From an uncultured Candidatus Rokubacteria bacterium (GTDB taxonomy: Bacteria > Methylomirabilota > Methylomirabilia > Rokubacteriales > DASRDR01), in contig CAVPSB010000013.1 in assembly GCA_963708025.1 (NCBI GenBank), forward strand, positions 416,001 through 480,000: a stretch of DNA of 64,000 nt, in the 5' to 3' direction. A program made the position numbers and the translations under genes. Positions 21,371 through 30,807 of the stretch are shown piece after piece; position 1 is the stretch's first letter; each line of letters starts with the position of its first letter. Under the pieces are notes generated by a model. That model did not search any database, was not told where the DNA came from, and worked only from the letters and a program-made list of their open reading frames with translations.

Positions 21371-21506
21371 TCACGCGCCACGCACCGGATACGCGACGGC
21401 GATCGCCCGACACTGTCTCGCGATCTCGGCCAAATGGGTCTGGTGGAACCCGGCGACCTCGAGATCCCGCTCGCCGAGTTCTTCCAGGGTCGGGGTGTCT
21501 GGTCAC
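21371..21506 (-). pseudogene. internally deleted remnant resembling WapI-type immunity proteins
   Basis: With one base removed it reads MTRHPTLEELGERDLEVAGF joined to HQTHLAEIARQCRAIAVAYPVRGA; resemblance recalled, not searched. Confidence 0.35.
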
Positions 21507-21538
21507 TCAGGTGACCTCGGTGGGCGTGCGCGACTCTC

Positions 21539-22772
21539 TCACAGCGGCTGGATGCCCGGCAGGTTGCGTAAGCGCTCCGTGACCGGCCCCGGCCGGAGCT
21601 GCGCGGCTCCCGGGGGCCCGGAGCGGCCCGGGGGCCCCGCGCTCCCGGCGGCGCCGCCCGCACCGCCTCGCCCGTCCCGCCCGCCCTCGCGGCCCCGGCC
21701 GCCGTCGCCGCCGGTGCCGCCGTCACCGCCCGAACCGGCGACGCCGGCGGGTCCGCCGGAGACGTCGGGCCGGATCCACCGGCCGATGTCGGGAAAGCGG
21801 CTGTCGTAGATCAGCTCGATCGAGCCTCCGGGTCCTCCGTCCGCGCCGGGTCCGCCGCTCCCCCCCGGACCGCCGGGACCGCCCGACCCGCCGGATCGTC
21901 CCGGCCGGCCCCGGCCGCCGTCTCCCCCGTTCCCCCCTCGCCCGCCCGACCCGCCGGCGCCGCCGGCCCCACCGCCGGCCACCAGCACGAGCTCCTGGTC
22001 CGGCGAGCGCCAGCACGAGGTCGCGCACCTCGCCCTCGATCCGGATGGCCAGGAGACGCGGGTAGAATCGGGTGCGCACGTAGGTCGCGAAGGCCTGGAA
22101 GCGCGGGCCGGGCCGGCCGGGGCCGCCCGGCCCGCCGGACCCACCCGGTGAGCCGGCAGCCCCGGACGAGCCCTCGCGGCCGTCGTAGCCGGAACTGCCG
22201 CCATCACCGGATGAGCCGCTGGTCCCGCTCTCCCCGACGCCGCCGGCCGTCCGGACGCAGGAGTATTCGGGCTCGTACCGCCGGCTCTCGGTGAACCGCT
22301 CGGGCCGGTAGCGGAGCGCCGTCTGGATCTCGAAGCCGCCCTCGACGGTCGCCAGCATGTCGCCGTTCGGCAGGAAGAAGCCGAACTCGTCGAAGGTCCC
22401 CTGGCGGCTCGCGAACGCGAAGTTGCCGAAGTCGAGCTTGCCGTTCCGCCGCACCTTCGGGTCGCCCCCCCACGTCTCGATCCGGGTCACGCTCGACTGG
22501 CCCTCGAGCCGCGCATCCACGGTGACCCACATCTGCACCGGCTCCCGGGGGCAGATCCGCTTCACCGGACGGCGGATGTCCACCTCCATGCGCTGGACCT
22601 CGGCGTTCTGGAGGCTCACGGTGTCCTCGCCGACGATCTGCCGGTACGCGGCGCAGCCCGCGAGCCCCAGGAGGGCGAGGCCCGCGGCAGCCGCGGCGAA
22701 CCGCCAAGCGTGAGCCGTCCGGCCGACGAGTTCCCGACGATGACCCGCAGACGGCGGTCGAGTCTCGAACAT
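21539..22772 (-). CDS. Gly-rich (collagen-like/PGRS-like) lipoprotein (frameshift near 22010)
   Basis: Lipobox LLGLAGC; GGxGGxGG repeats alternating with short globular segments. Confidence 0.7.
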
Positions 22773-23019
22773 GGCCCCCTCCCCGAGCACACGGTGGTCG
22801 TGCTGTCCGGCCTCGGCCGCCCGCAGGATATCACCCTCGTGCTCGCGGTCCGACGAAACCGAGAGACCAGCCCCTACTCCACTCACGTTGTGTGCACGCC
22901 CTGATCCGCGATACCCTACCGGCCGTGCATGCGCTGGTGGAGCCCGTGGAGAAGGTTCTGCTCGAGACCTTCGAGCGCTCGCTGACGGCTACTCGACCGA
23001 GCTGGAGCCGAGTCTGGCC

Positions 23020-23211
23020 GTGACGTCGCGTCTGCGCCAGTATCTCGAGCTGGAACGGCTGATGACGGTCTTGGACGAGGATGGTGACCCCGGCGCGGAC
23101 GCGGTGCGCGACGCGATGGATCCGATCTGGTATTCCCTGAGCGACGAGGAGCGGCGGTTTCTCGACGAGCGGACGATCGGGCGGATCGAGTCGGTCGAGG
23201 GTGAGCCATAG
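23020..23211 (+). CDS. small hypothetical protein or fragment
   Basis: GTG start; coding-like acidic sequence LERLMTVLDEDGDPGADAVRDAMDPIWYSLSDEERRFLDER. Confidence 0.35.
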   Translation: MTSRLRQYLELERLMTVLDEDGDPGADAVRDAMDPIWYSLSDEERRFLDERTIGRIESVEGEP

Positions 23212-23289
23212 CGCAGCGGCCATCCATCTAACCCTGATCGGCAATTCCACCACGCTCCCGAGGATCGCCGCAGTCGCTCCTGTTCCGCT

Positions 23290-23383
23290 CCCTCTCCCTT
23301 CCAGGGAGAGGGTTGGGGTGAGGGTGTCCAGGGGCGCGTGGTTTCCCCCTCACCCTGACCCTCTCCCCCAGTGGGGGAGAGGG
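23290..23383. repeat. pair of inverted CCCTCTCCC-N-GGGAGAGGG REP-like palindromes
   Basis: ccctctcccttccagggagagggttggggtgaggg...ccctcaccctgaccctctcccccagtgggggagaggg. Confidence 0.8.
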
Positions 23384-23475
23384 AAAATGGGAGCAGCCCG
23401 CTCCGCGTATTCGGCGATCAGGGCTAAGAGTCTGAAGCCGGTCTGGCGTGCCGCGCCCGAGCAGCATCGCGGGCC

Positions 23476-24729
23476 TTGCCCGGTTCGGGCTGTCCCCGGC
23501 TGACGGGCTTGACGTTCGGACGTTCCCGGTGGTCTATTGCGCCTACGTCCCCGCTGAGAGCCAACCCCCGCCTTCTCGTTGCCCTTTCCGGGCTGCACTT
23601 CGTCCTCTTCCCGATCCCGGTCATCACGCTCTTCTGGAAGGACCAGATCGGGATGTCGCTCACCGACATCATGGTCCTGCAAGCGGCGTTCGGTCTGGCG
23701 GTGGTGCTCCTCGAGTTCCCGTCCGGCTACCTCGCCGACCGGGTCGGGTACCGGACGTCGCTCCTCGTCGGGGCCGTTCTCTGGCTGGCCGGCTGGCTCG
23801 CCTACACTCGCGGTGCGACGTTCGGGGCGATCGTGGTCGCCGAGCTCCTGCTCGGGGCCGGCAGCGCGTTCGTCTCCGGCGCCGACCGCGCGCTGCTCTG
23901 GGTGTCCCTGGAGGCGGCCGGCCGGAGCGGCCAGTACCCGCGGTGGGAGGGCCGGGCCCGGGCCGGGTCGCAGACGTGCGAGGCGGCGAGCGCCGCCGCC
24001 GGGGGATGGCTCTACGCGGTGGCGCCACGCCTCCCCTTCTGGCTCCAGGTCCCGACCGCCGCGCTGGCGCTGGCGTCGGTCGTCGCCCTGCGGGAGGCGC
24101 CGCGCCCGCGTCCCGCCGCGCACCCCTCGCACCTACGGCGGGCGTGGCACCTCGTCCGCTTCGTCCTGTGGCATCACCGGCGGCTCCAGGGGGCGATGGC
24201 CCTCAGCGTCACGCTCGGGCTCTCGACCTTCGTGATGGTCTGGCTCATCCAGCCGTACATGCAGGCCCGCGGCGTCCCGCCGGCGTGGTTCGGGCCCATC
24301 TGGGCGGCGGCGAACCTCTGGCTCGCGGGCGTGTCGCTGGCGAGCGCCCGGGTGGCCGAGGCGCTCGGCGTGCGCGCCGCCCTCCTCGGCTGCTGCCTCT
24401 TGATCCCGCTCGGCTACGCGGGTCTGGCGGCGAGCCCGGCGGCGTGGGGGACCGCGTTCTACCTCTGCTTCATGACGCTCCGCGGTCTCCAGGGCCCGAT
24501 CCTGGCGACCGTCATGCAGGAGGACGCCCCCGGGGAGGACCGGGCCGGCGTGCTCTCGCTAGCCGCGCTGCTGTTCCGGCTGGCGTTCGTCCTCACCGGG
24601 CCCCCGATCGGCGCCCTCGTCGACCGGGCCGGGCTGGAGGCGGCGCTGGTCGTGCTGGCCGCGCTGTTCACCGCCGCCGGCCTGGCCGCCCTGGCGCTGT
24701 TCGCGCGGGCGCACCGCCGGCCGGCCTGA
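23476..24729 (+). CDS. MFS transporter (start uncertain)
   Basis: LEFPSGYLADRVGYRTSL (MFS motif A), AFVSGADRALL; about 12 hydrophobic segments. Confidence 0.88.
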   Translation: MPGSGCPRLTGLTFGRSRWSIAPTSPLRANPRLLVALSGLHFVLFPIPVITLFWKDQIGMSLTDIMVLQAAFGLAVVLLEFPSGYLADRVGYRTSLLVGAVLWLAGWLAYTRGATFGAIVVAELLLGAGSAFVSGADRALLWVSLEAAGRSGQYPRWEGRARAGSQTCEAASAAAGGWLYAVAPRLPFWLQVPTAALALASVVALREAPRPRPAAHPSHLRRAWHLVRFVLWHHRRLQGAMALSVTLGLSTFVMVWLIQPYMQARGVPPAWFGPIWAAANLWLAGVSLASARVAEALGVRAALLGCCLLIPLGYAGLAASPAAWGTAFYLCFMTLRGLQGPILATVMQEDAPGEDRAGVLSLAALLFRLAFVLTGPPIGALVDRAGLEAALVVLAALFTAAGLAALALFARAHRRPA

Positions 24730-24753
24730 GCGGCCGGCGGTCGCGCGATCCGG

Positions 24754-25164
24754 TCACGGACCCGCCCGGAAGAGGCGCAGGTACTCGTGGACTGCCGTCC
24801 GGTCGACCTCGAGGTCCAGGGCCGACAGCCCGTCGAGCGGCACCCACAGCAGCGCTTCCGCTTCGTGCGTCGCCGGCTCTCCCTCCCAGCGCTCGACGGC
24901 GAAGTAGTGGAGCTGGCGGAACTCCTCCGATCGATGGAGCAGGGTGCAGACGTAGCGGAGCCCGAGCGGCACGATCCCCAGCTCTTCCCGGAGCTCGCGG
25001 CGCAGGGCCTCCTCCGGGCGCTCGCCATCCTCCATGTGACCGCCCGGGAGGGCGACGGCACCCGGAACCACCCGCTTGGTCAGCCGGCGCCGCTCCGCCA
25101 GCACCCGATCGCCGGTCACGAGCATGAAGGCGACGCACTCGAGCGGGGTCAGGGGGTCGTCCAC
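24754..25164 (-). CDS. NUDIX hydrolase (start uncertain)
   Basis: Nudix box GGHMEDGERPEEALRRELREELGI. Confidence 0.9.
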   Translation of the reverse strand: MDDPLTPLECVAFMLVTGDRVLAERRRLTKRVVPGAVALPGGHMEDGERPEEALRRELREELGIVPLGLRYVCTLLHRSEEFRQLHYFAVERWEGEPATHEAEALLWVPLDGLSALDLEVDRTAVHEYLRLFRAGP

Positions 25165-25418
25165 GCCGAAGGCCCTCCCGGTCGCGGGCTCGACACGCAC
25201 CCCAGTAGGGCACCGGCGACGGGACCCGTCAAGCCGGCGCCGGTCGGCCCACCGCTTGACCCGACCATGGCCGCGTGCTATCACTCGCCGTACCGGGAAC
25301 GGTCGCTCGGGCGAGCGGCGCCCCCGGTATTCACGAGCGAAACGGTGAGCCGGCCGATCTCCCCAGGTCCTCCGACGCGGCCTGCCTCCCGGTTACCCGA
25401 CGAGCGAGGCGCCGGCCC

Positions 25419-26042
25419 ATGATCAGCCTCGATGCCAGCCACACCGCGCTGGTCGCCATCGACATGCACCGGGGCCACCTGGACCCGTCGGTCGCCACGC
25501 TCCCGCTCGCCGCGAACCGCTGCGGCCCGGTGATCGACCGGGCCAGCGCTCTCTTCCACGAGCTGCGCGCGATCGGGGTGCCCATCGTCCACGTCGTGAC
25601 CGAGTACCGGGAGGCGGGGGAGATCGCCGCGAACCCGTTCTGGAAGGCGGCGCACGACGACCCCGGCAAGGCGCGACGCGGCATCCTCGGGCACAACCTG
25701 GCCGGGAGTCCCGGCACCGAAATCATCCCGGCCCTGTGGGCACCGGGCGATCTTCGCGTGGGCAACAAGAAGCGCTACAGCTGCTTCGCCGCCACCGACC
25801 TCGACTTCCTCCTCCACCGGCTCGCGGCCGACAGCGTGATCCTGGCCGGCATCAACACGACGACCTGCGTGCTGGCCACGGCCTTCGAGGCCACCAACCG
25901 CGATCTGCGGGTCGTGATCGCCAGCGAGGCGGTCAACTCCATGGACGGGGAGGAGATGCATCGCTTCGCGCTCCGGCTCATGTCGGCGGCGGTCGGGTGG
26001 GTCCTCTCCAACGACGAGATCCTCAAGGCGCTGCGACGCTGA
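25419..26042 (+). CDS. isochorismatase-family cysteine hydrolase
   Basis: ALVAIDMH (Asp), KKRYSCF (Lys), GINTTTCV (Cys). Confidence 0.92.
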   Translation: MISLDASHTALVAIDMHRGHLDPSVATLPLAANRCGPVIDRASALFHELRAIGVPIVHVVTEYREAGEIAANPFWKAAHDDPGKARRGILGHNLAGSPGTEIIPALWAPGDLRVGNKKRYSCFAATDLDFLLHRLAADSVILAGINTTTCVLATAFEATNRDLRVVIASEAVNSMDGEEMHRFALRLMSAAVGWVLSNDEILKALRR

Positions 26043-26047
26043 GATCT

Positions 26048-26119
26048 TCGGGACCTCCCTGCCACCCGATCCTTCGACGGCCTTCGGCCTTTGGCTGGGG
26101 GGAGGGGGGAGCCGGAGGC
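26048..26119. repeat. C-tract/G-tract repeat with an internal GACGGCCTTCGGCCTTTGG module
   Basis: ttcgggacctccctgccacc...gacggccttcggcctttgg (26076-26094)...gggggagggggagccgga. Confidence 0.75.
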
Positions 26120-26164
26120 CTCGACCGGAGTGCTGGCCGCCCCGACGACCGGAGGGCCCCGACG

Positions 26165-26707
26165 ATGACGACCGGACCGGATCTGCGGACCGTGACCTAC
26201 CTCCGGGCGCCCGACGACGGCCGGGTCGTCGCGATCCACATCCGGAGCGACTTCGACGAGTTCGCCAGCTTCCCGCCGTTCATGGAGAGCGAGGAGGAGC
26301 TGCGCCACGTCCGCGAGGCCTACCGGGTCGGCGATCCCGCCTCGGAGCGCCACACCAAGGCCCACATCACCGACAATGCCTGGCCCTTGCAGGTCATCCT
26401 GCTCGAGCGGGCGCCGGGCGGCGCCGTCATGCCGCACTATCACGTCCCCACCGAGGCGCTGCCGCCGCTGCCCACCCGCCACCAGATCTTCATCTGCCAG
26501 CGCGGCCGAGCCCGGGTCGGCATCTTCACCACCGAGGGGCACCCGCTGGGCGACGTGTTCCTCGAGCCCAACGATCTCGTCCTCATGCTGGAGGGTCACG
26601 AGGTCGAGTTCCTGGAGCCGAAGACCCGCCTGATCGAGATCAAGCAGGGGCCGTTCCCGGGGACGGACGCGGACGACAAGGTCGATCTCCAGCCGATCCG
26701 GCCGTGA
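26165..26707 (+). CDS. cupin-fold protein
   Basis: MPHYH...HQIFIC, GHEVEFLEPKTRLIEIKQGP. Confidence 0.7.
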   Translation: MTTGPDLRTVTYLRAPDDGRVVAIHIRSDFDEFASFPPFMESEEELRHVREAYRVGDPASERHTKAHITDNAWPLQVILLERAPGGAVMPHYHVPTEALPPLPTRHQIFICQRGRARVGIFTTEGHPLGDVFLEPNDLVLMLEGHEVEFLEPKTRLIEIKQGPFPGTDADDKVDLQPIRP

Positions 26708-26776
26708 CATGAGCGGGCCGAGCGCGCCCGGGGCGCGAAGGGAGCCGGACATGATCGCCGTCGCCCCCGTCGGCAC

Positions 26777-28363
26777 GTGACGCCCGCTCCGGCAGCGCGT
26801 CCGGTGGGGGACGCGGTCCGCCCGGTCGTGGTCGCGGTCGAGGGCCTCGTCAAGGAGTACCCCGGGGTGGTCGCGCTCGGGGGCGTCTCCCTCGATCTGC
26901 GGGCCGGCGAGGTGCACGGGCTGGTCGGCGAGAACGGGGCAGGTAAGTCGACGCTGATCAAGGTGCTGTCGGGCGACATCCGGCCCGATCGGGGCACGAT
27001 CCAGGTCTTCGGGAAGCCGGTCCGGTTCGCCGGCCCGCGGGACGCGCGGCGACTGGGGATCGTCACCATCTTCCAGGAGCTGATGATCGTCCCCCACCTG
27101 AGCGTCGTCGAGAACATCGTGCTCGGCAGCGAGCCGACGGTCGGGATCGGTGGCCACCTCGTCTCGCGCCGCCGGGCCCTCGTGCTCGCGCGCGAGACGC
27201 TGCGCCGGCTGGGCGAGGGCCTGAGCCTCGACCCCTGGGCCCCGGCCGGCCGGCTGTCCACCGCGCAGAAGCAGATCGTCGAGATCGCCCGGGCCCTGCT
27301 CCTGGAGGCGCCCGTCATCGTCATGGACGAGCCCACCGCCGCCCTGTCGGCCCGGGAGGCCGAGGGGCTGCTGCGCATCATCCGCCAGCTGCGCGAGCAG
27401 GGCCGGGCGATCCTGTTCGTCTCTCACCGGCTCGACGAGGTCTGCCGTGTCGCCGACCGGGTGACCGTGCTCCGGGGCGGCGAGCGGATCGTCACCCTCG
27501 CCGCCGCCGACATCACCGGGACCCGCGGGCTCATCGAGTTCATGGTCGGCCGGCCCCTGAGCGAGCTGTTCCCGCCGCGCAACGCGACCATCGGGGACGT
27601 GGCCTTCGCCGTGCGCGGGCTCACCCGCGCGGGCGCCTTCGAGGATGTGAGCTTCGAGGTCCGGGCCGGCGAGGTCCTCGGCGTCGCCGGCCTGATCGGA
27701 GCCGGCCGCACCGAGGTCATGCGGGCGATCTTCGGCGCCGACCCGCTCGACCGGGGCGTCATCGTCAAGGGCGGCCGGACGCTGGCGATCCGTAGCCCGC
27801 GCGACGCCATCGCCGCGGGCATCGCCTATCTGCCCGAGGACCGCAAGGAGCAGGCGCTCGTTCCCCTGCTCTCGGGCCGCGAGAACCTGGTGCTGGCCTG
27901 GCTGGAGAAGCTCAGCCGGGCGGGCTTCGTCAAGAACGGCGCGGTGCGCCGGGTCGCGCGGGACATCGCGCGGCGGCTCTCCTTCCGGGGGAGCCTGGAG
28001 GCGCCGGCGCGCACGATCTCCGGGGGCAACCAGCAGAAGCTCGTCATCGGCAAGTGGGTGGTCAGCCAGGCCGACGTCCTGATCTTCGACGAGCCGACGC
28101 GCGGCATCGACATCGGGGCCAAGGTGGAGGTCTACCGGCTGATCCACGAGCTGGCGGCGCAGGGGGCGGCGATCGTCCTCGTCTCCTCCGAGCTGCCCGA
28201 GCTGCTGAACCTGAGCCACCGCCTGATCGTGATGTCCGGCGGTCGGGTGCGAGACGAGCTCGCCGCCGACGAGTTCGACGAGCAGCGGATCCTGGAGGCG
28301 GCGTTCGCCGCCCACCTGGCCGGAGCCGGGAGCCCCGGCGGGGCCGCGTCGCCCCGGGCATGA
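26777..28363 (+). CDS. monosaccharide/nucleoside ABC transporter ATP-binding protein (RbsA-like, two NBDs)
   Basis: GENGAGKST, MDEPTAAL, SGGNQQK, DEPTRGIDIGAK. Confidence 0.95.
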   Translation: MTPAPAARPVGDAVRPVVVAVEGLVKEYPGVVALGGVSLDLRAGEVHGLVGENGAGKSTLIKVLSGDIRPDRGTIQVFGKPVRFAGPRDARRLGIVTIFQELMIVPHLSVVENIVLGSEPTVGIGGHLVSRRRALVLARETLRRLGEGLSLDPWAPAGRLSTAQKQIVEIARALLLEAPVIVMDEPTAALSAREAEGLLRIIRQLREQGRAILFVSHRLDEVCRVADRVTVLRGGERIVTLAAADITGTRGLIEFMVGRPLSELFPPRNATIGDVAFAVRGLTRAGAFEDVSFEVRAGEVLGVAGLIGAGRTEVMRAIFGADPLDRGVIVKGGRTLAIRSPRDAIAAGIAYLPEDRKEQALVPLLSGRENLVLAWLEKLSRAGFVKNGAVRRVARDIARRLSFRGSLEAPARTISGGNQQKLVIGKWVVSQADVLIFDEPTRGIDIGAKVEVYRLIHELAAQGAAIVLVSSELPELLNLSHRLIVMSGGRVRDELAADEFDEQRILEAAFAAHLAGAGSPGGAASPRA

Positions 28364-29376
28364 TCCCGCCCCGGAGCGACGCCGCCGGTGCCGATCGGGC
28401 CGAGGCCCCGGCCTCCGGGGGATGGCCGGCGCGGCTGGCGGCGCTGGTCTCCCGCCACGGCCGCCAGATCGGCCTGCCGCTGGCCTGCCTGGCCCTCGTC
28501 GTCTTCTTCGGGGCCACTTCCGACGTGTTCCTCAACGTCCAGAACTTCCGCAACATCGGGCTGGCCGGGTCGGCCCTGGCCGCCGTCGCGTTCGGGCAGA
28601 CGTTCGTCATCCTCACCGCCGGCCTCGATCTGTCCGTGGGCTCGACGGTGGCGCTCGTCAGCGTGGTCAGCGGCTTCGCCATGCGGAAGTACGGCATCGG
28701 CGGCGGCATCGTGGCCGGGCTCCTCACCGGGATCGCGGTCGGCCTGGTCAACGGCCTCGTGATCACGCGGCTCCGGGTGGTGCCGTTCATCGCGACCCTG
28801 GCGATGCTCTCGATCGCCTCCGGCCTCGCCCTGAACCTGAGCGCGGGCGTCCCGGTGACCGGGCTGCCCTCGGCGTTCGGCGACCTCGCCTACCGGCTCG
28901 TCCTCGGCGTCCCGGTCCCGGTCGCCGTCGCGTTCGCCATGCTGCTGGTGTCCGACGTCATCCTGCGCTACACACGCCGGGGCCGGCACCTCTACGCGGT
29001 CGGTGGCAACGAGGAGGCGGCCCGGCTGTCCGGCATCGAGGTCGATCGAGTGAAAGTGCTCGCCTACATGTACTGCGGCTTCAGCGCCGCGGTCGGCTCG
29101 CTCATCCTCACCGCCCGCGTGGCGTCCGGCCAGCCGACGCTCGGCGTCAGCCTGCCGCTGGAGTCGGTGGCGGCCGTCGTCCTGGGCGGGGTGTCGCTGT
29201 TCGGCGGCCGGGGCTCCGCCGTCAACGTCGCCTTCGGAGTCGCCTTCGTGAGCTTCCTCTCGAACGGGCTCAACCTGTTGAACGTTTCGTCGTACACGCA
29301 GATGATGGTCATCGGGGCCGCCCTGATCCTGGCGGTCGCGCTCGACCAGGCCCTGGCCCGGCGGGGAGCCGGCTGA
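28360..29376 (+). CDS. ABC transporter permease (RbsC-like)
   Basis: ILTAGLDLSVGS, PFIATLA, YAVGGNEEAARLSGI, AAVVLGGVSLFGGRG. Confidence 0.93.
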   Translation: MIPPRSDAAGADRAEAPASGGWPARLAALVSRHGRQIGLPLACLALVVFFGATSDVFLNVQNFRNIGLAGSALAAVAFGQTFVILTAGLDLSVGSTVALVSVVSGFAMRKYGIGGGIVAGLLTGIAVGLVNGLVITRLRVVPFIATLAMLSIASGLALNLSAGVPVTGLPSAFGDLAYRLVLGVPVPVAVAFAMLLVSDVILRYTRRGRHLYAVGGNEEAARLSGIEVDRVKVLAYMYCGFSAAVGSLILTARVASGQPTLGVSLPLESVAAVVLGGVSLFGGRGSAVNVAFGVAFVSFLSNGLNLLNVSSYTQMMVIGAALILAVALDQALARRGAG

Positions 29377-29458
29377 GGCCTCGAGGAGGTGAGAGACGGG
29401 ACGGCGCCGCGCAACGGAAGACGAACGTGAATCCCCTGAACCTCATAGGGAGGAAGTC

Positions 29459-30455
29459 ATGAGCAGACCCAGGATGCTTGGCGTGGCCGGCGCGGTGATC
29501 GCCGGGCTCGTCGTGTCTGGCGGGCGCCCTCGGGCTCGGGGCGGGCGGCCCGGCGCTGGCCGCCGGCAAGGGGACACTCGGCGTGTCCATGCCCAACATC
29601 AAGGGCCCGTGGTTCACGCCGATCCTGTACGGGATCACCGACGAGGCGAAGAAGCTCGGCTACGAGGTGGTCATCCAGGACGCCGGCGGGTACGGCAACG
29701 TCAACAAGCAGGTCACCCAGATGGAGAACCTGATCGTCAAGAAGGTCAGCGCCATCCTCCAGGACCCCGCCAACCCGGCCTCGTTCAACGGCGTGGTTCG
29801 CCAGGCGAAGGCCGCCGGCATCCCGGTCGTCGGCGCCGGGAGCCCGATCGTGGCCTCGGAGGTCGAGGCCGACGCCGCCTCCTCCTCCAGCCACTGCAGC
29901 ATCGGCCACGAGCTGGCCAAGGGGGCGATGAAGCTCCTGCCCAAGGGCGGCAAGATCGCCGTCCTGGCCGGGCCCCCGGGGGCGTTCTGGGCCTCCGACC
30001 GGCTGCGCTGCTTCAAGGACGACATCAAGAGCACGGCGATCAAGATCGTCGCCGAGCAGAACAGCGAGCAGGACGCCGCGGTGGCCCTGTCGCTGGCCAA
30101 CGACTTCCTGCAGCGGGTGCCCGACCTCGACCTCCTGTACGGCGCCGACGACACTTACGGGGTCGGCGCGGCGCGCGCCGCCCAGGGCGCCGGGAAGTGC
30201 GGCAAGGTCAAGGTGCTGTTCGCGGTGCTCGGCGAGACCGCCGAGGAGATGATGCGGGCCAAGTGCGCCGACTACGTCGTCGCCCAGCAGCCGGTGCTGA
30301 TCGGGCGCACCGCCGTCCGCATGGCGGACGCCCTCGTCCAGAAGAAGCCCCTCGAGAAGAAGCTGGTCGAGATTCCGCTCATCCCGGTCACGCCGGCCAA
30401 TCTCAACTCGGTGAACAAGAGCACGATCCAGGCGCCCAAGGGGTGGACCCCCTGA
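29459..30455 (+). CDS. ABC transporter substrate-binding protein (RbsB-like; frameshift in the signal region)
   Basis: GVSMPNIKGPWF, QVTQMENLIVKKV, periplasmic-binding fold; SD and ATG at 29459. Confidence 0.88.
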
Positions 30456-30570
30456 GGGCTTCGGGGGGGTCTCGGAAGACCCCCCGGTTCCCCCCTCGGA
30501 GGCCGCGACTGTTGGACGGCCTTCGGCCCTTGGGCCGCGGCTCGGAGTGGAACGCTCGGCCGCGAGGCCT
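30456..30570. repeat. palindromic intergenic repeat cluster with a GACGGCCTTCGGCC module (30515-30533)
   Basis: gggggggtctcggaagacccccc hairpin (similar to 3281-3300); ggccgcg...cgcgg arms. Confidence 0.6.
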
Positions 30571-30642
30571 GGTCCAGAGGGTTGCGAGAAACCGATAGGT
30601 GGGGGGAACGGGACTCGCCGGCGCGGATCGAGAGGAGGACGG

Positions 30643-30807
30643 ATGGGGGAGCAGGTGGTCACGGTGAGGCTGAACCAGCAGCAGCTCGAGCTGGTGGACC
30701 GGACGGTCGAGCGGGGGGAGGCGCCGGACCGAGAGGCGCTCTTCCGGCGCGCCCTGCGCGAATTCGCGCAGGCGCAGACCGGGGGGCCGGCCGGGAAGGA
30801 CGGATGA
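30643..30807 (+). CDS. ribbon-helix-helix (CopG/MetJ/NikR-like) small protein
   Basis: GAGGAG SD; VVTVRLNQQQLELVDRTVERGEAPDREALFRRALREF; ATGA overlap with the next gene. Confidence 0.75.
   Translation: MGEQVVTVRLNQQQLELVDRTVERGEAPDREALFRRALREFAQAQTGGPAGKDG

Noticed and set aside
30456-30642. Guanidine riboswitch upstream of DUF1989
   Set aside because: Only ctggtcc resembles ykkC. The CUAGGGUUCCG and AAAAGCCCGGGAG elements and twin ACGR hairpins are absent, and GGACGGCC belongs to a dispersed repeat.
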